Source: Amoebophrya sp. A120 (lineage: Eukaryota; Protista; Dinoflagellata). Taken from it: a stretch of DNA of 64,000 nucleotides. The notes under the pieces were generated by a model. The model made no database searches. It was not told the DNA's origin and saw nothing but the letters and a program-made list of their open reading frames with translations. The stretch is from NCBI GenBank assembly GCA_905178155.1, contig CAJINV010000013.1, positions 858,344 to 922,343 of the forward strand. The letters run 5' to 3'. Below are positions 13,741-25,266 of the stretch, one piece after another. The first letter of the stretch is position 1; every line of letters starts with the position of its first letter. The translations under genes were made by a program, and so were the position numbers.

Positions 13741-14244
13741 GATCTCAAGAACAAAAAGAACGACTTTAAGTTTGAACTTTTCATATTTCATTTGACACGT
13801 TTTTTTAGCACTAGACTACATCTAACAGCACCGCTACGCATCCTCATCCATTAGTCCTTATTCGGGCGTACCCCGCCCCGACAACATTCAGAAAAAAGTT
13901 CGTATTTTGCATTCGAAGAAAAATAAAAAAGCATTTACGCTTGTGCATCAAGAAGTATCAGAATTCTACCCATGAGAATCCAATTACCGTCTACCCACTT
14001 CGAGTCGTCGATTCGACCGGATACCCTCCGGAGTGAAGGCGAAAACAGTGTATGATTTTGAATTTGCTGTGTTATCTTCATGGCTAAAACTCACAATTCA
14101 CAATATTAGCGCGCTTGCGACTTGTTCATTCACAACTGTAAGTAAGATTTTGACTGTTTTTGTCCGAATACACTGGAGGAAGCACCAGATCCAGACACAG
14201 GAGGATGCATCGAGGTTCCGGCTCCCACCAGCACCAGGCTACCA

Positions 14245-14824
14245 CGAGAGCGGGTTCTAGTACGTGTTCTTCCGGTAGCTGTTTAACCACATGGTCGTCG
14301 TCTGTGTCTGCTCTTCTAGTATTTCATTGCAGTAGTTTGGCGAACACGCCAAAGCTGTTCAAGTTTATTTGATATGAACCAATAAATCAGCACTTGTCTT
14401 CGTGATTACGATTAGATCCTTCTGTATGTACATCTAGAGCTCCAGCCGGATCCTCAACCGACACGTGGCGTTACAAGGAAATCGTCAACGCATGCCAGCG
14501 TTTTAATTTTATCCCACTAGCGCGATCATCTTCCTTCGTCTTCGATGTTTTAGGTACGACGAGCATTGACTGATTTCTCCACTCGTTACAACAGACCCGT
14601 AGAAGTACTTCTACACATTTTCAGTATTATTTCGCTCTCCGCGACGCCGCTTCAGACTGAAGATGTCCCCTGAGGAAACCAGGTTCGATCTAAGGAGTAA
14701 AACCTCTTGAAAATAGAGATGGCTGCATGAAACGGCCCTGCTTAGTGCAGTCGCCGACGCAGCTCCGGCAGCTGCGTCTTCCACGACCGATATTACGCAA
14801 ATCCACTATATCCCTTACTGCGGC
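14245..14824 (+). repeat. Diverged duplicate of 56595-57499 (NAA30 upstream region plus gene start)
   Basis: Colinear shared blocks such as CGGTAGCTGTTTAACCACATG, CATTGCAGTAGTTTGGCGAACA, ATAAATCAGCAC, CGGATCCTC and TCTTCCACGACCGATA. The right copy has about 330 extra bp. Confidence 0.9.
14719..14824 (+). pseudogene. NAA30: 5' fragment of NAA30, disrupted
   Basis: ATG GCT GCA TGA early stop. The remainder aligns to 57404-57499 (APAA.SSTTD..IHYIPY.G), then similarity ends. Confidence 0.8.
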
Positions 14825-15731
14825 TTACAGATCTTGTTCTTTTTCTTTGTTTTCAGCTTGTTCGTAAAAATCTTCCTAAACCGAGAGCCACAAGTAGATG
14901 ATCGACGAAGCGTGATTTGGTCGAACTCATTGTCGTTTCCGAGGACCCGGTTTAGCTGCGGTGCGAGCGGGCAACGCAAGTTCCGACGGGCTCGGCTCGC
15001 GAGGAGTCGGAATAAGTATGGACGTTGCAGCTCCAGCTGTAGCTGTATGGCAACCTACACTTCGCTTTTCGATGCGCAAAGTGGTGGCGTTTTCATCGTT
15101 CTTATTTTTCGCGGCGCGAGAAATTCAAAGCGCTGCTCGAGACGGGCCGCTAGTTAGTACGAGCAAAAATGATGCGGCAAAGATGGAGATGCTGGTATGG
15201 AAAGGATGAGGAAATATGTGATCATTGGGAGTGCTTCTGTCCAAACAAAAAAAAAAATCCCAGCTTGTCGCAGCGGGGCCATGCCAATGCACGTCTCTTT
15301 GTGATGAAAAGCACGCACGAAATAAACTCACTCTAGATCGGACGGAATCAGTCAAGTGAGAGTGACTACCCTGCGCGATCGGGGTCGCGCGCTTTACTTT
15401 GCATGACAGTCGCGGGGCATGTTCGGGTGTTCCGGGCTGTGCTTTGTGCACCCCTCGGACCCCGCACCCCCCGGGCTCGGTAGCGCAGTCTGTTAAGCAT
15501 GACAAATACAAAACATAAGATAACAGCAGGCCATACCATATAAGCGCGCGAAGGGCAGGCTCCTGCGACTTTTCTTGGGTCTAGCAGCAGTCCCTCCCAA
15601 GAGAATCACTCACTTCTACTTTTCTATAGCTGGCTGTCGCACTGGACGGGAGCGCGGAGGATGTTGAAGGCGGCGAATCCAATTCCCAAACGACCGCTAC
15701 CACGAGCGCGACGAACGAAGTAAGAGAATCG

Positions 15732-16085
15732 TTGGAACCGCCGCTAAGTAAAAAGCCGTCATCTTGGGCACAACCACAAATGAACATCGCCCGGGGCGGA
15801 AGGGGTGCTTCTGAACCTGATCCGCAGATGGACCACGATCGAAGTCATCCGCACCATCACGCTGGCAAGAATTTAAATTTGCCAACTGCGAACGAGATTA
15901 CGTCGCGGGAGAAGATGGAGATCTGGGATGACGAAGTGCTACTAGCACGGTTCGAAGCCCAGTTTCTCATGTACGTGCAAACCATGGTGAGCCTGGAGCA
16001 GCACTTGCTGGACACGATTTCTCCCAAGGAGCTCTGGAGATTACAGGTATTCATGTTTGATGAAACGATCGCGACCGACTACTAG
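15732..16085 (+). pseudogene. Probable gene fragment next to the split-repeat element
   Basis: 117-aa ORF with a protein-like C-terminal half (WDDEVLLARFEAQFLMYVQTMVSLEQHLL). Stops follow. No family recognised. Confidence 0.35.
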
Positions 16086-16110
16086 GAGGGCGTGCTTCTA
16101 GTTCAATAAA

Positions 16111-19100
16111 AAAATGTATGACCGGGCACGCGTGGTCTTGCGAGCCTGTGAGTCAAGGCCGACAGTGGTCGTTCTATATTTTATGAGCGGGCTCAGCCCG
16201 CCCATCACGGTAACCAAAACCTGAGAAGCATGAATATGAACCAGACAGGGGCGCCGTTTCGCGTTGATTTTCCTGTTCTGTGTTTGACATGCTGGGTTTT
16301 CAGGGACTTGCGCCCCTGCCGATGGTAGCTTGATTGTGATTCGCCGAGGGTGATTAGAGCTACGATTTCGCTCTGCCTTGGGCCGGTTTATTTCCTCCTG
16401 ATTTCTCCCGTTCTGGAGAGGGAGTGTGTATTTCCAGTCCTAGTTTCAGACTAGGTTGGATCTCACCTGATTTCTCCCGTTCCGGAGAGGGGGAGCGAGT
16501 TTGTTTCCAGTCCTAGTTTCAGACTGAGTTGGTACCTCTCCTGATTTCTCCTGTTCCGGAGAGGGAGAGCGAGTTTGTTTCCAGTCCTAGTTTCAGGCTA
16601 GGTTGGATCTCTCCTGATTTCTCCCGTTCCGGAGAGGGAGAGTGTGCGTTTTTCCAGTCCTAGTTTCGGGCTAGGTTGGATCTCTCCTGATTTCTCCCGT
16701 TCCGGAGAGGGAGAGCGAGTTTGTTTCCAGTCCTAGTTTCAGGCTAGGCTGGATCTCTCCTGATTTCTCCCGTTCCGAAGAGGGAGAGCGAGTTTATTTC
16801 TAGTCCTAGTTTCGGACATTGTTGGATGCCCCCGGTTATTTCCTGTTCTGGAGCGGGAGTTTTGGTTTTCGAGCAAGTTTCGGGATAGATTGATTTTCCA
16901 GCCAGTTCTGGGGAGGAAAGCTTAGTCCTGCTTTCGGACGATTTTTCGAGTACCGGGGAGAGGGTTGGGAACCCATTTCCCCCCTGGCCCGATTCTATTT
17001 GATTCTCCGGCCCTGGCGCGAGTGAGAAATGAGTCTTGACTTCGATCCGCTTATTTTCGGAGTATGTTTTGCCACGTTCTCCAGTGTAGGGGCGTGTGGT
17101 GTCCCTTGCTTCAGGGAGTGAGCTTCATTTCTAGACCCAGTCGGGCTTTCTCGAGCAGTCTTTTTCGCCACATATGTTCCGTGCTGATAGATTGGCTAGC
17201 ATCGGCCGAGTTTTTTCGGAGCTTGTCTATTTCCCCCGCTCGGGGAAGAGGTTTTTCTGGGTTTTCCACTTAGGGGTGGACAGGTCGATCGCTCCAGGTT
17301 CTCGCTCTCCCGCGTTGGAGATGAAGGCGTCGGGGTATTAGTCTCTACCTGTTTTGGTTTTCGCAGCATTTCTGTGCGGCCTTTATTCCGGGGTAAGGAA
17401 GTTTTTCGCCTCCGAGTGCTGGCTTTGGAGTGGCGCGCAGCTCCTCGGTGGATAGACTTTGCTATCCGGCTCAGAACTTCTCTATTCGGCATATCTGTCC
17501 TCTTCGTCTCCCGGTTCGGAGAAAGATTTTGGGCCTGGCTTGGTCAAGCTATTCTTCTACTTTGATCTCCGGTCTGGAGTCTCTTTTTATCGGGCTCTCG
17601 AGGAGCCGCGCAGGTCTTAGCTAGTTGCGGGCTACGTTACGGATTCCCGCTATGCCGTTTTCCGTGGTGATGAGGGCCACGAGGTTTCTTGTTCTTTCGG
17701 CTAGATAACCTGGCGGTGATGTCAGGGGATGCTTTGGGTGAGGTCTAATTGCTAGCGTTTGCCTCCGTTGTTTGCGGCGGACGGCTCTTGTCATTCTGAC
17801 CTTGGTTATTTTCGTCTCAACTTTGCTCGGCTTTGTGGCACTGGCGGTTCGAATCCGTTAAACCTAAAAGAGGGCAGGCGCGAGATGGAAAGGCTGGGGA
17901 TTTGCCCGGCGCCTAGTGCGCCGGGGCTTTGTTTTCGCGGATTCTTGTGGCTTGCGTTTCCGGGGTTCGGCAGTCCCCAGCTCCACGAGCCGAGTAAAGG
18001 CTTGAGAGGAAATGACCAAGGTCAGCACTGGCGCGCGTTGCGTGAGCTTTCTCCTGTTGAGGCTATCCCCTTCGAGGTGTTTGTGATTTCTCATCGACGT
18101 TGGAGGAGGTTTTGTCTTTTCGGAACTTCGTTTTCCTCTGGACTTTCGTGTAGCTTCAGAGGATTTCCAGATCCCTGCTGCGCCGGGGGTTCAGATTGTT
18201 GTTTACATGGGCGCTCCAGGTCCTCGTCCAGGTGCATCGTTTTTTATACAGCGACGCGCGTGTCCGTTGCTTCTATATCTTTGGCTGTGGCCAGGTTTTT
18301 TTTTCGGGCCAGGGGGCAAGAAGTGGTTGACTGTGAGTGTGGGAGATCGTGGTCCGTGCGACGCGTGTCTCCCATTTGTTCGGGCGGCCCGTCGGTGCGG
18401 GTGTCAGTTTGCTACCGAGAGTTTCGCTCTCGGCAGGTTCGTAGCCAGAGGGCTCTGCGCTTTCCCTACAGGGCTTCGGCACTTTCTTTCTTGTGATGCG
18501 CTTCCGCGTGGCACCGAACACGTGCACTGCTTTCCGCGGTTTTCGGCATGATTGAGATTGTTTCTTGACCGCACAGCGACCGCTGCTGATTTTGGTGTCT
18601 CTTTTGTAGTTCCTCCGGCAGATGTTCTTCGGGGTGTTGACCTGCGTCTCCGGAAGTCGCCCCTGAGGGCTATACTGTTTCCCGGGTCCCACGGACTTTC
18701 CTTGGGTCATGGTGAGGCTTGCTTCTGTTTTGTGGATGTCTCGTTCTCGGTACAGCTCTTGCGTTGAGCTGAGTACAATATCCTTTGCAGAGGAAGCTTG
18801 CGTGGGCGTTACGAGCGCCACCACAAGTTTCTTGGTTTGGAGCACAGGCCGTCCTTGATCGGGGGGCGCGTTCACGCCCGTTGGCTCTTGATATTGGTAG
18901 TTGTTGACGCCGGCTCTTCGTCAAGCAGCTCGGCGATCCGGCCGGGTTTTTCCTACTTGTTGACGAGCTCTACTTCCGTGTCCGTCGGCATGGCCAAGTG
19001 CATTATTTTTCTAGAGTGCGGCCGCGGCCGGCGCTTCCCGGGATCAGTTCCTTTTGTTTTTGCGCAATTTCTGTAGCGCGTTCGCCGCTAGCAGTTGTCG

Positions 19101-19852
19101 GGTAACTGGTGTAGTGCGCTTGGCACCACGGGCGAGAGCGGTTAGCGGCTTTTAGAGCGGTGTTGGGATGCTAGTTGGCAGTCTGTTCCCTGTGTGCCGT
19201 ATTTCGTTCTTTGTCGGTATCGTCGCAGCGCGCCCTTGCGTGTGGGGCGGCTGTTCGGTACCCAAATTCATCTCCAGCTGGGGCTGTAGGGTTCTTTGGG
19301 TCGCGTCGTTGCGTTGCGTCTCCGCCGGTGGGGTAGGCTCTCCACATGTTAGGTCGCGGGCGCCTGCGCCTCCTGTTTTCCGGAGCGCACATCCAGCGAT
19401 GATCATCCATAGGATGATCTATCCCTCGGAGATGTTGACTAGATCACAAAATGTATGACCGGGCACGCGTGGTCTTGCGAGCCTGTGAGTCAAGGCCGAC
19501 AGTGGTCGGTCTATATTTTATGAGCGGGCTCAGCCCGCCCATCACGGTAGCCAAAACCTGAGAAGCATGAATATGAACCAGACAGGGGCGCAGTTTTGCG
19601 TTGATTTTCCCCACCCTCCCGCCCCTTTTCTTCTCTTGTTGTCTCTTCTTCCGAACGGATGGATCATGAGGCTTCGCGCCGCTTCTTTTTAGAGGTGTGA
19701 CAGAAGCCCATCACTTGCATTCGGGAACTGGGGTAGGCTCTCCACATGTTAGGTCGTGGGCGCCTGCACCTCCTGTTTTCCGGAGCGCACGTCCAGCGAT
19801 GATCATCCATAGGATGATCTATCCCTCGGAAATGTTGACTAGATCATAAAAT
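16111..19852 (+). mobile_element. Non-autonomous split-direct-repeat element (Ngaro/PAT/TOC1-like YR retroelement derivative)
   Basis: A1 16111-16273 = A2 19448-19610 (163 bp, 4 mismatches). B1 19329-19452 = B2 19729-19852 (124 bp, 5 mismatches). Order A1-body-B1A2-118 bp-B2, with AAAAT shared at both ends and at the B1/A2 junction. No intact ORF. Confidence 0.88.
16395..16870. repeat. Tandem array, ~73-bp unit, 6-7 copies
   Basis: CCTGATTTCTCC recurs at 16397, 16466, 16540, 16613, 16686 and 16759. Unit CTCCTGATTTCTCCCGTTCCGGAGAGGGAGAGCGAGTTTGTTTCCAGTCCTAGTTTCAGGCTAGGTTGGATCT. Confidence 0.95.
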
Positions 19853-21725
19853 ATTGAGCGCCAGCACCACACTCCAAAGATATGTTTATAGATATGATAC
19901 AAACTCGCAGCTGCGCTGGTCACCTTCATATGTTTGGTTTATCTTTTTACCTCTACCTCGTCCAGGTACTCAAATATGAGCACTATGAAAGAATATCAAA
20001 CGAGACAAGACCTCGCATGGTGCGTCCCACGAAAAATGAATTTATACTTGCTACGTAGCTTGATGTAGTTTTGCATTCCTGCTTTGCTTTCCCAACCCTT
20101 CTGTGAGAAAATCTACGGCTACACCACAGGTCATTCGTCAACAATTACAAGTCCACGCTCCCCATTTGCTGCTGAATTTCATATCCAGAAGATGGAGGTG
20201 CAATCTTGCTTCGCGTGCAGAAAAGTGACGTCTAGTATCCCAAAGATAATGCGAAAATGGATCAGCCACACGAGAAGAACACATTCTCTTGTACAAAAGT
20301 ACTGACAGACACGACTTTCGAATTTTTCACGCGGCTCTTCGAGGTTTAGCTTACAACTCTACCTAGTGTTTCGCTTTTTTGGGGGTTTTGGTCATGATCG
20401 GATTATTCGCGATACGTACAAGTTGTAGAGATGGTTTTCTCATATGTCGACGTCTTTCTTGCCGGGGCTGGTTTAGCGCTGACAAAAAATACGAGAGTGA
20501 TCAATATACTTATTGTCGCACGACCAATAAAGCAGGCACTATAATAAATTTTCTAGGAAATAAATGTGATTTCTGTTTGTGGTCTACAGTTCTTGCACAT
20601 AGCGGGAGTAGGCATTATTTGCAGTAATAAATAGACGCTGAACTAGCTGTGAACAGAGAAGTATGGAGAGACGTCAAGCCTAAGTTAGCTATGCGTCTCG
20701 TAGTCGGTTTCGTCCGTGTGTGTGTTCGTCGTGAACTGAGTAAATTCGTCTAGAGTCCGTGTCGTAAGAAAAACAAAACCAAGATGGGTTGCGAAGCCCA
20801 GAAGTGCCAAGAATCCGGCCCAGGCGGATCGCGGAGCCCCGGCTCGCAACCGGAGACACGCGAAGGGGAAATCTTTCCGAGGTTTTCTTTTTTCGCTGAT
20901 CTCTTTGGCATCTCAGCTTCCGCTAGTGTCTTCTGTGCTGCTCCCCGGAGCCGCTATAGGAGTCCCTGGCTGGAGGCGCTCGCTCCGGAGGGGGCGTCGA
21001 GATATCAACACTTCTCCTCACCGAGTTCGGAGGGTCGAGTATGTTGATGACTATCCGTAGTCGCTGGCATTTTAGTTTCGCTGGATGAAAAACCTCCGGG
21101 GCCCTCCCCACGCCGAGTTGATATACTCGCGGTGGGTCTGTGTCAGAATACTATCCTTAGTGAAGCCCGTTGCGCTTCTACGCTACAGTCTCGGCTACGA
21201 AGACTAGAATCATATGTGGAAGGGAAAGCCCTGTCGTGTGTTCACAACCCGAGAAGAGCAGGCACCTCCGAGCCTTTGCGCGCTCGTGTATGGAGGTCTG
21301 AGCCTTCGCGCGCTCAATGGCTGTCAATAATTTTTTACAAGTCGATACAAGTGTGAGAATCGGATGAAATTCCCGAGTAAGCCATGCAAGATATGAGTAG
21401 CTTCGTGCGCTCGCGCAGTCGTGGCGCCGCAGATGTTGAAAAACGCCAAGCATGCTGATGGGACAAGGTATCGTAGGTATTAAGGAATGCTTGGCATCAC
21501 GATCACACCTAGCTGCGTCCACAATTCTGCTGCTAGGAAGAACCACGCTTCTTCAAAAAAAAGAGCGTTAGTTCCATATGCGGAGCAGTCGCATTGTTGT
21601 TCGTTGTTCCTCATGACATTCACAACTTGGATCGCGCACAGGAATCGAAGGGGCCGCTTTGAACTCTAACTCGTTCTGTAAGCAACACAGTCAACGACTA
21701 AGTCTGGCTTGAAGGGTGCGTAATC

Positions 21726-22106
21726 ATGTCCAAGCTTGTAGCGTCCAAAGATAGCTGGCGGCCGGTTAACGAGACCGACCAGATTTACCTCGATCGGGTC
21801 GAGGAGTTAGAAGTCATGTTAGATTTAGATAAGCGTGTGCACTTGAAGCGCAAGGGTGTGATGGCTTTTCACAAGTCTCTGATCCGTGCAATTGAGGAGA
21901 AATGCTCTAAGAACGTAGTAGCAGAAATCCGTCGCAGTGCCAATGACCAGTACGCGGAAGTTTTGTCACAAGATCCGTTGAGTAACTGGGCTGACGAACT
22001 GGACCATAAGCGCAGTGACTATTACGCTAATTTCTTAGAGCGCAAGCGGATTCACGAGGAAAAGAAGAATACGAAGTCTTCGGGTTGTAGTAGCAAGGAA
22101 AAATAA
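21726..22106 (+). CDS. Hypothetical 126-aa helical protein (accessory ORF)
   Basis: ATG-started, intronless, charged helical composition. Lies inside the proposed YR element. Confidence 0.6.
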   Translation: MSKLVASKDSWRPVNETDQIYLDRVEELEVMLDLDKRVHLKRKGVMAFHKSLIRAIEEKCSKNVVAEIRRSANDQYAEVLSQDPLSNWADELDHKRSDYYANFLERKRIHEEKKNTKSSGCSSKEK

Positions 22107-22875
22107 AAGCGGTGTAGATCGAGAGTCATTATTTTTCGCGTCAATCTTCAAAGTTGAGTACGCTGATATTTTACGAGGAGGCTTTTTCTTGCATTTATTA
22201 TCTACGCGAAGCCATGTTGTTCACGCTGTGCGAGCTGGCGCGGACGTGCCGCAAGAGGAAGGACACCCAGATCGCTCACGAGGAACGCGCAGCGGTGGAG
22301 CGTCGTTTCCAAGAAACCGATAGTACGAAGTTACTGGGACGATTTTACCTGCGGCCCGCCGCCGCCAAATATTACCGGCCCGCTGGAGTTTTTACGTATC
22401 ACTGGCCTGATATAGTCATGTGCTAGCAACTGTTTTGTCTAATTGCGGTTTGATGAAAGAGCATGACAGAGTGTTACTGGTAAAAATTTTTTATGATTCT
22501 CCGTTTTCATCACAGCCGCCATGAGACCAAGTTATCATTGATTACTGACTTAGGTGCGATGTCGTCGCCAAGCACAGTCTCAAGCCCAACCAGATCTCCT
22601 CCCCGAAGAAAAGGAGCTTGATTCTGGAAGCTGTTTGGGCAGCTATTGCGGGTCATATTTTTGACCGCTCTACGGATACCGTAGAACGGCGGTTCATGTA
22701 TTGGAAAAATGTTTTTTTTTTTTTTTTCGGTTTCTTTTAGAAAAACAAAAGCCACGCAGTTGTAGCGAGTCACTTCATAGCACTCTCTTGCTAGCATCAG
22801 AGTTAGTATCCAAGTCGACATGTAAATTTCCACATTCACGCTGTTAAATACAGCCGGGCGCTCGTCTTACGCAAG

Positions 22876-23160
22876 ATGATGATGCGGGATCAGGCGGGCG
22901 GTAACGTGGTGTATAAAGTCTTAGCGGCTTTTGCCGTCAGTGAAGAGATCAAGGGCACCATCCTACCCCTGACGTCGTTGCCGCAAATCAGTTCCGCTGC
23001 TTTGATGGGTGCCAGCACCAACCCCCAGTTGCTCTCGCTCACGTTTGAGGAAGCGCTCAAAACGAAGGTCGCGCTCAGTGCCTTTTACAAAAAGTTTTCG
23101 TTGCTCCATCCCGAAATCGCGGCGGCACAGCACGACGGAGCTGCTTCCGAGTGCGCTTGA
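22876..23160 (+). CDS. Hypothetical 94-aa protein (accessory ORF)
   Basis: ATG-started ORF with protein-like composition. No motif recognised. Confidence 0.45.
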   Translation: MMMRDQAGGNVVYKVLAAFAVSEEIKGTILPLTSLPQISSAALMGASTNPQLLSLTFEEALKTKVALSAFYKKFSLLHPEIAAAQHDGAASECA

Positions 23161-24179
23161 ATTTAACTGGAAGCGTGTTGCTATGTTGTTTTTTCATCGT
23201 GGTTGCATGCATGATAACAAAATGAAAGCTCCACGGTCACAGAAGCGAAATTTTATTGGACAATTCAAATTTAAGGCAATCAGTAGAACAAGAGTTACGG
23301 AGTTGGGAGGATGCTGATCAACCAGCTCACACGGAGCTGCCCGACAACTAACAATGGGCATACGAATAAGAAGAGGATGTGACAGGATGTTCCTCGTATG
23401 CAATGTGGACACAGCTACACGAAACAACAGGCCAAGAGCGATTATATATTTGATTGCGATGAAAGTCAAAGACTTTACAAGTACGCACAGGATCAATTTT
23501 TATTTTGCAACTACTTTTGTTTACGAGGATATCAGATTTACTTCTTGCTGGTAGCGTCGGGTGTTGATTACAATAAGTATAGAAGCCTTTTTTTTTGATG
23601 TTCGGCTGCACTAAGGACACGATGAGGAGAAACATAAGCAGTAGCGCACGGCCGTTTAGTGCGCTAGATGTGTATGAATGGCACGCCAGGCCAGGCCAAA
23701 AAGTACATCTATGGCTTACGTGCAGTCGCCACGCGCGAACAGATGGACTTTTGGTTGTGTCAATCGATAGCAGGCAAGCACGCAAACAGGAAGCCTTTGT
23801 TTGAAAATGCAACTTTTGTATATGCAGCGCGTTACTGCGAAAAGATTCTAGGGCGGATTACCATTGTGCAAGCAATTGCTGACAACTACGCTCCTGCGGC
23901 TTTCAAGTAATACCTCGCGGCTTGTTCTCCAATAATGGCCAACGATTTGCGCCGGGTGCTTAGTAGCCCGTACACTGCTACGAGGGTGCTCTACACAGCG
24001 GGTCTGATGAAAAACGTGATGAAGTGTCACAGCAAAGATGTCAAAGGCCGAGTTTCTAAGGGAAGTAAAAGGAGGAACTCCATCTCTTGAGAAATAAAGT
24101 GCGTTTTGAGGGCGCTGACAGATGCAGGAGTGCGTCTTCCGAGCGAGTAGTGAGTAGCGAATAATTTGCGCGTCTCGTC

Positions 24180-24521
24180 TTGAAGTGCCACACTTTTAGA
24201 CAACCAGCCCTGGATACAACCAATGGCGACTCGCTCCCTCGCCACAAGATGCCTGCTTCACCAATCCGCTCTCCTTGTGATACGGAAGCTATCGCCGACT
24301 TGCGCCGCAAGCTTGAGCTTGCCTTGGCAGAAATTGAACGGTTAAGGCGACGCATCACAGAGCTGCAAGCAGCTCGGGCCGATCGCCATACCGCACAAGC
24401 AGGCTCAATAACCCAACAGCAGAATAATAGCGACCCAGTTCCGTCTAATTACCCTCGCCCAGTACGCCTCCCGATATCTCCAGAACTTTATGTAGACGAC
24501 GAACTGCCCCCCTTTCGCTAA
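24180..24521 (+). CDS. Small coiled-coil protein (accessory ORF)
   Basis: Heptad segment IADLRRKLELALAEIERLRRRITELQAA. Start may be the ATG at 24249. Confidence 0.55.
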   Translation: MKCHTFRQPALDTTNGDSLPRHKMPASPIRSPCDTEAIADLRRKLELALAEIERLRRRITELQAARADRHTAQAGSITQQQNNSDPVPSNYPRPVRLPISPELYVDDELPPFR

Positions 24522-24753
24522 CGGAAGACACTAGGAGTAGCGTTATGCTGTTGCACACACACCCGTTGCTTACAGCCGAAGCGTATCTAGTAGGTGCACA
24601 TAGAGTAGTAGTTACGGTTAACAATACCCAGTGGGGAGTTACATTTTTTATCTACTCCACCCTGATAGTAATCAGCATTAGTAGGCCAGGCTGCGCCCGT
24701 TTACTCAGATTCTACACACCGCAGGAGTTATTGCGCACTATTACTAGCAATGC

Positions 24754-25266
24754 GTGCTGGATCGAGGATTTAATAGTAGAATTTTTCCCATTTCCTACGG
24801 TTGTCGGCGCGTAACTTTTTTACGCTGGCAGCCAATCAGTAGACGCATGCGTCCCGCCAACTCAGCCCAGGGGGAGCCACGAGCGGAGCCTGAGGCTGGC
24901 GTTAGTAGTCGCCCTCTGCGAGTAGTAGTGTACAGGGTGCGTGCAGGCGAAGTTCGTCGAACGCAGTGTCTAGCGTGTCGCTCGGAGTATCTTCCGTTGT
25001 TGGAAGACCCGCACTCGGCTGCTCGCGTCAGAGAACTCGAAAGGAGTGTTGCGGAGCTGCGCAGGCAGGCCAATCAGTTAACTGAGCGGCTTACCGAGCG
25101 GGGCGGGGTCATTAGACGCCTCCAGTTCCAACGCGATAGCCAGCACGCACAAATCCGAAATTTAACCCATAGACTAGACAGGAATCGCTTTCACCAGTTG
25201 CCGCGTGGTGGTCAGTTTTCAGACACCGAGGAAAATAAAAATGAAAATAGAGTACGTCAGCGATAG
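24754..25266 (+). CDS. CxxC plus coiled-coil protein (accessory ORF)
   Basis: CLAC followed by VRELERSVAELRRQANQLTERL. Likely ATG at 24847. Overlaps the next ORF. Confidence 0.55.
   Translation: MLDRGFNSRIFPISYGCRRVTFLRWQPISRRMRPANSAQGEPRAEPEAGVSSRPLRVVVYRVRAGEVRRTQCLACRSEYLPLLEDPHSAARVRELERSVAELRRQANQLTERLTERGGVIRRLQFQRDSQHAQIRNLTHRLDRNRFHQLPRGGQFSDTEENKNENRVRQR

Noticed and set aside
15216-15540. Possible further introner (TATG...CATA with GCATGACA motifs)
   Set aside because: No convincing TIR or direct repeat, and no flanking frame to restore.
16395-16870. 73-bp array as a CRISPR array
   Set aside because: Whole units repeat with no unique spacers, and there are no cas genes. It is a tandem repeat.
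16111-19610. A1/A2 as a conventional LTR pair
   Set aside because: The extra B1/B2 pair, lack of a TG...CA end and TSD, and the shared AAAAT junction fit split direct repeats.
20700-20760. Minus-strand GGACGAAAC as a hammerhead ribozyme core
   Set aside because: No matching CUGANGA segment or stem II partner at the required position.
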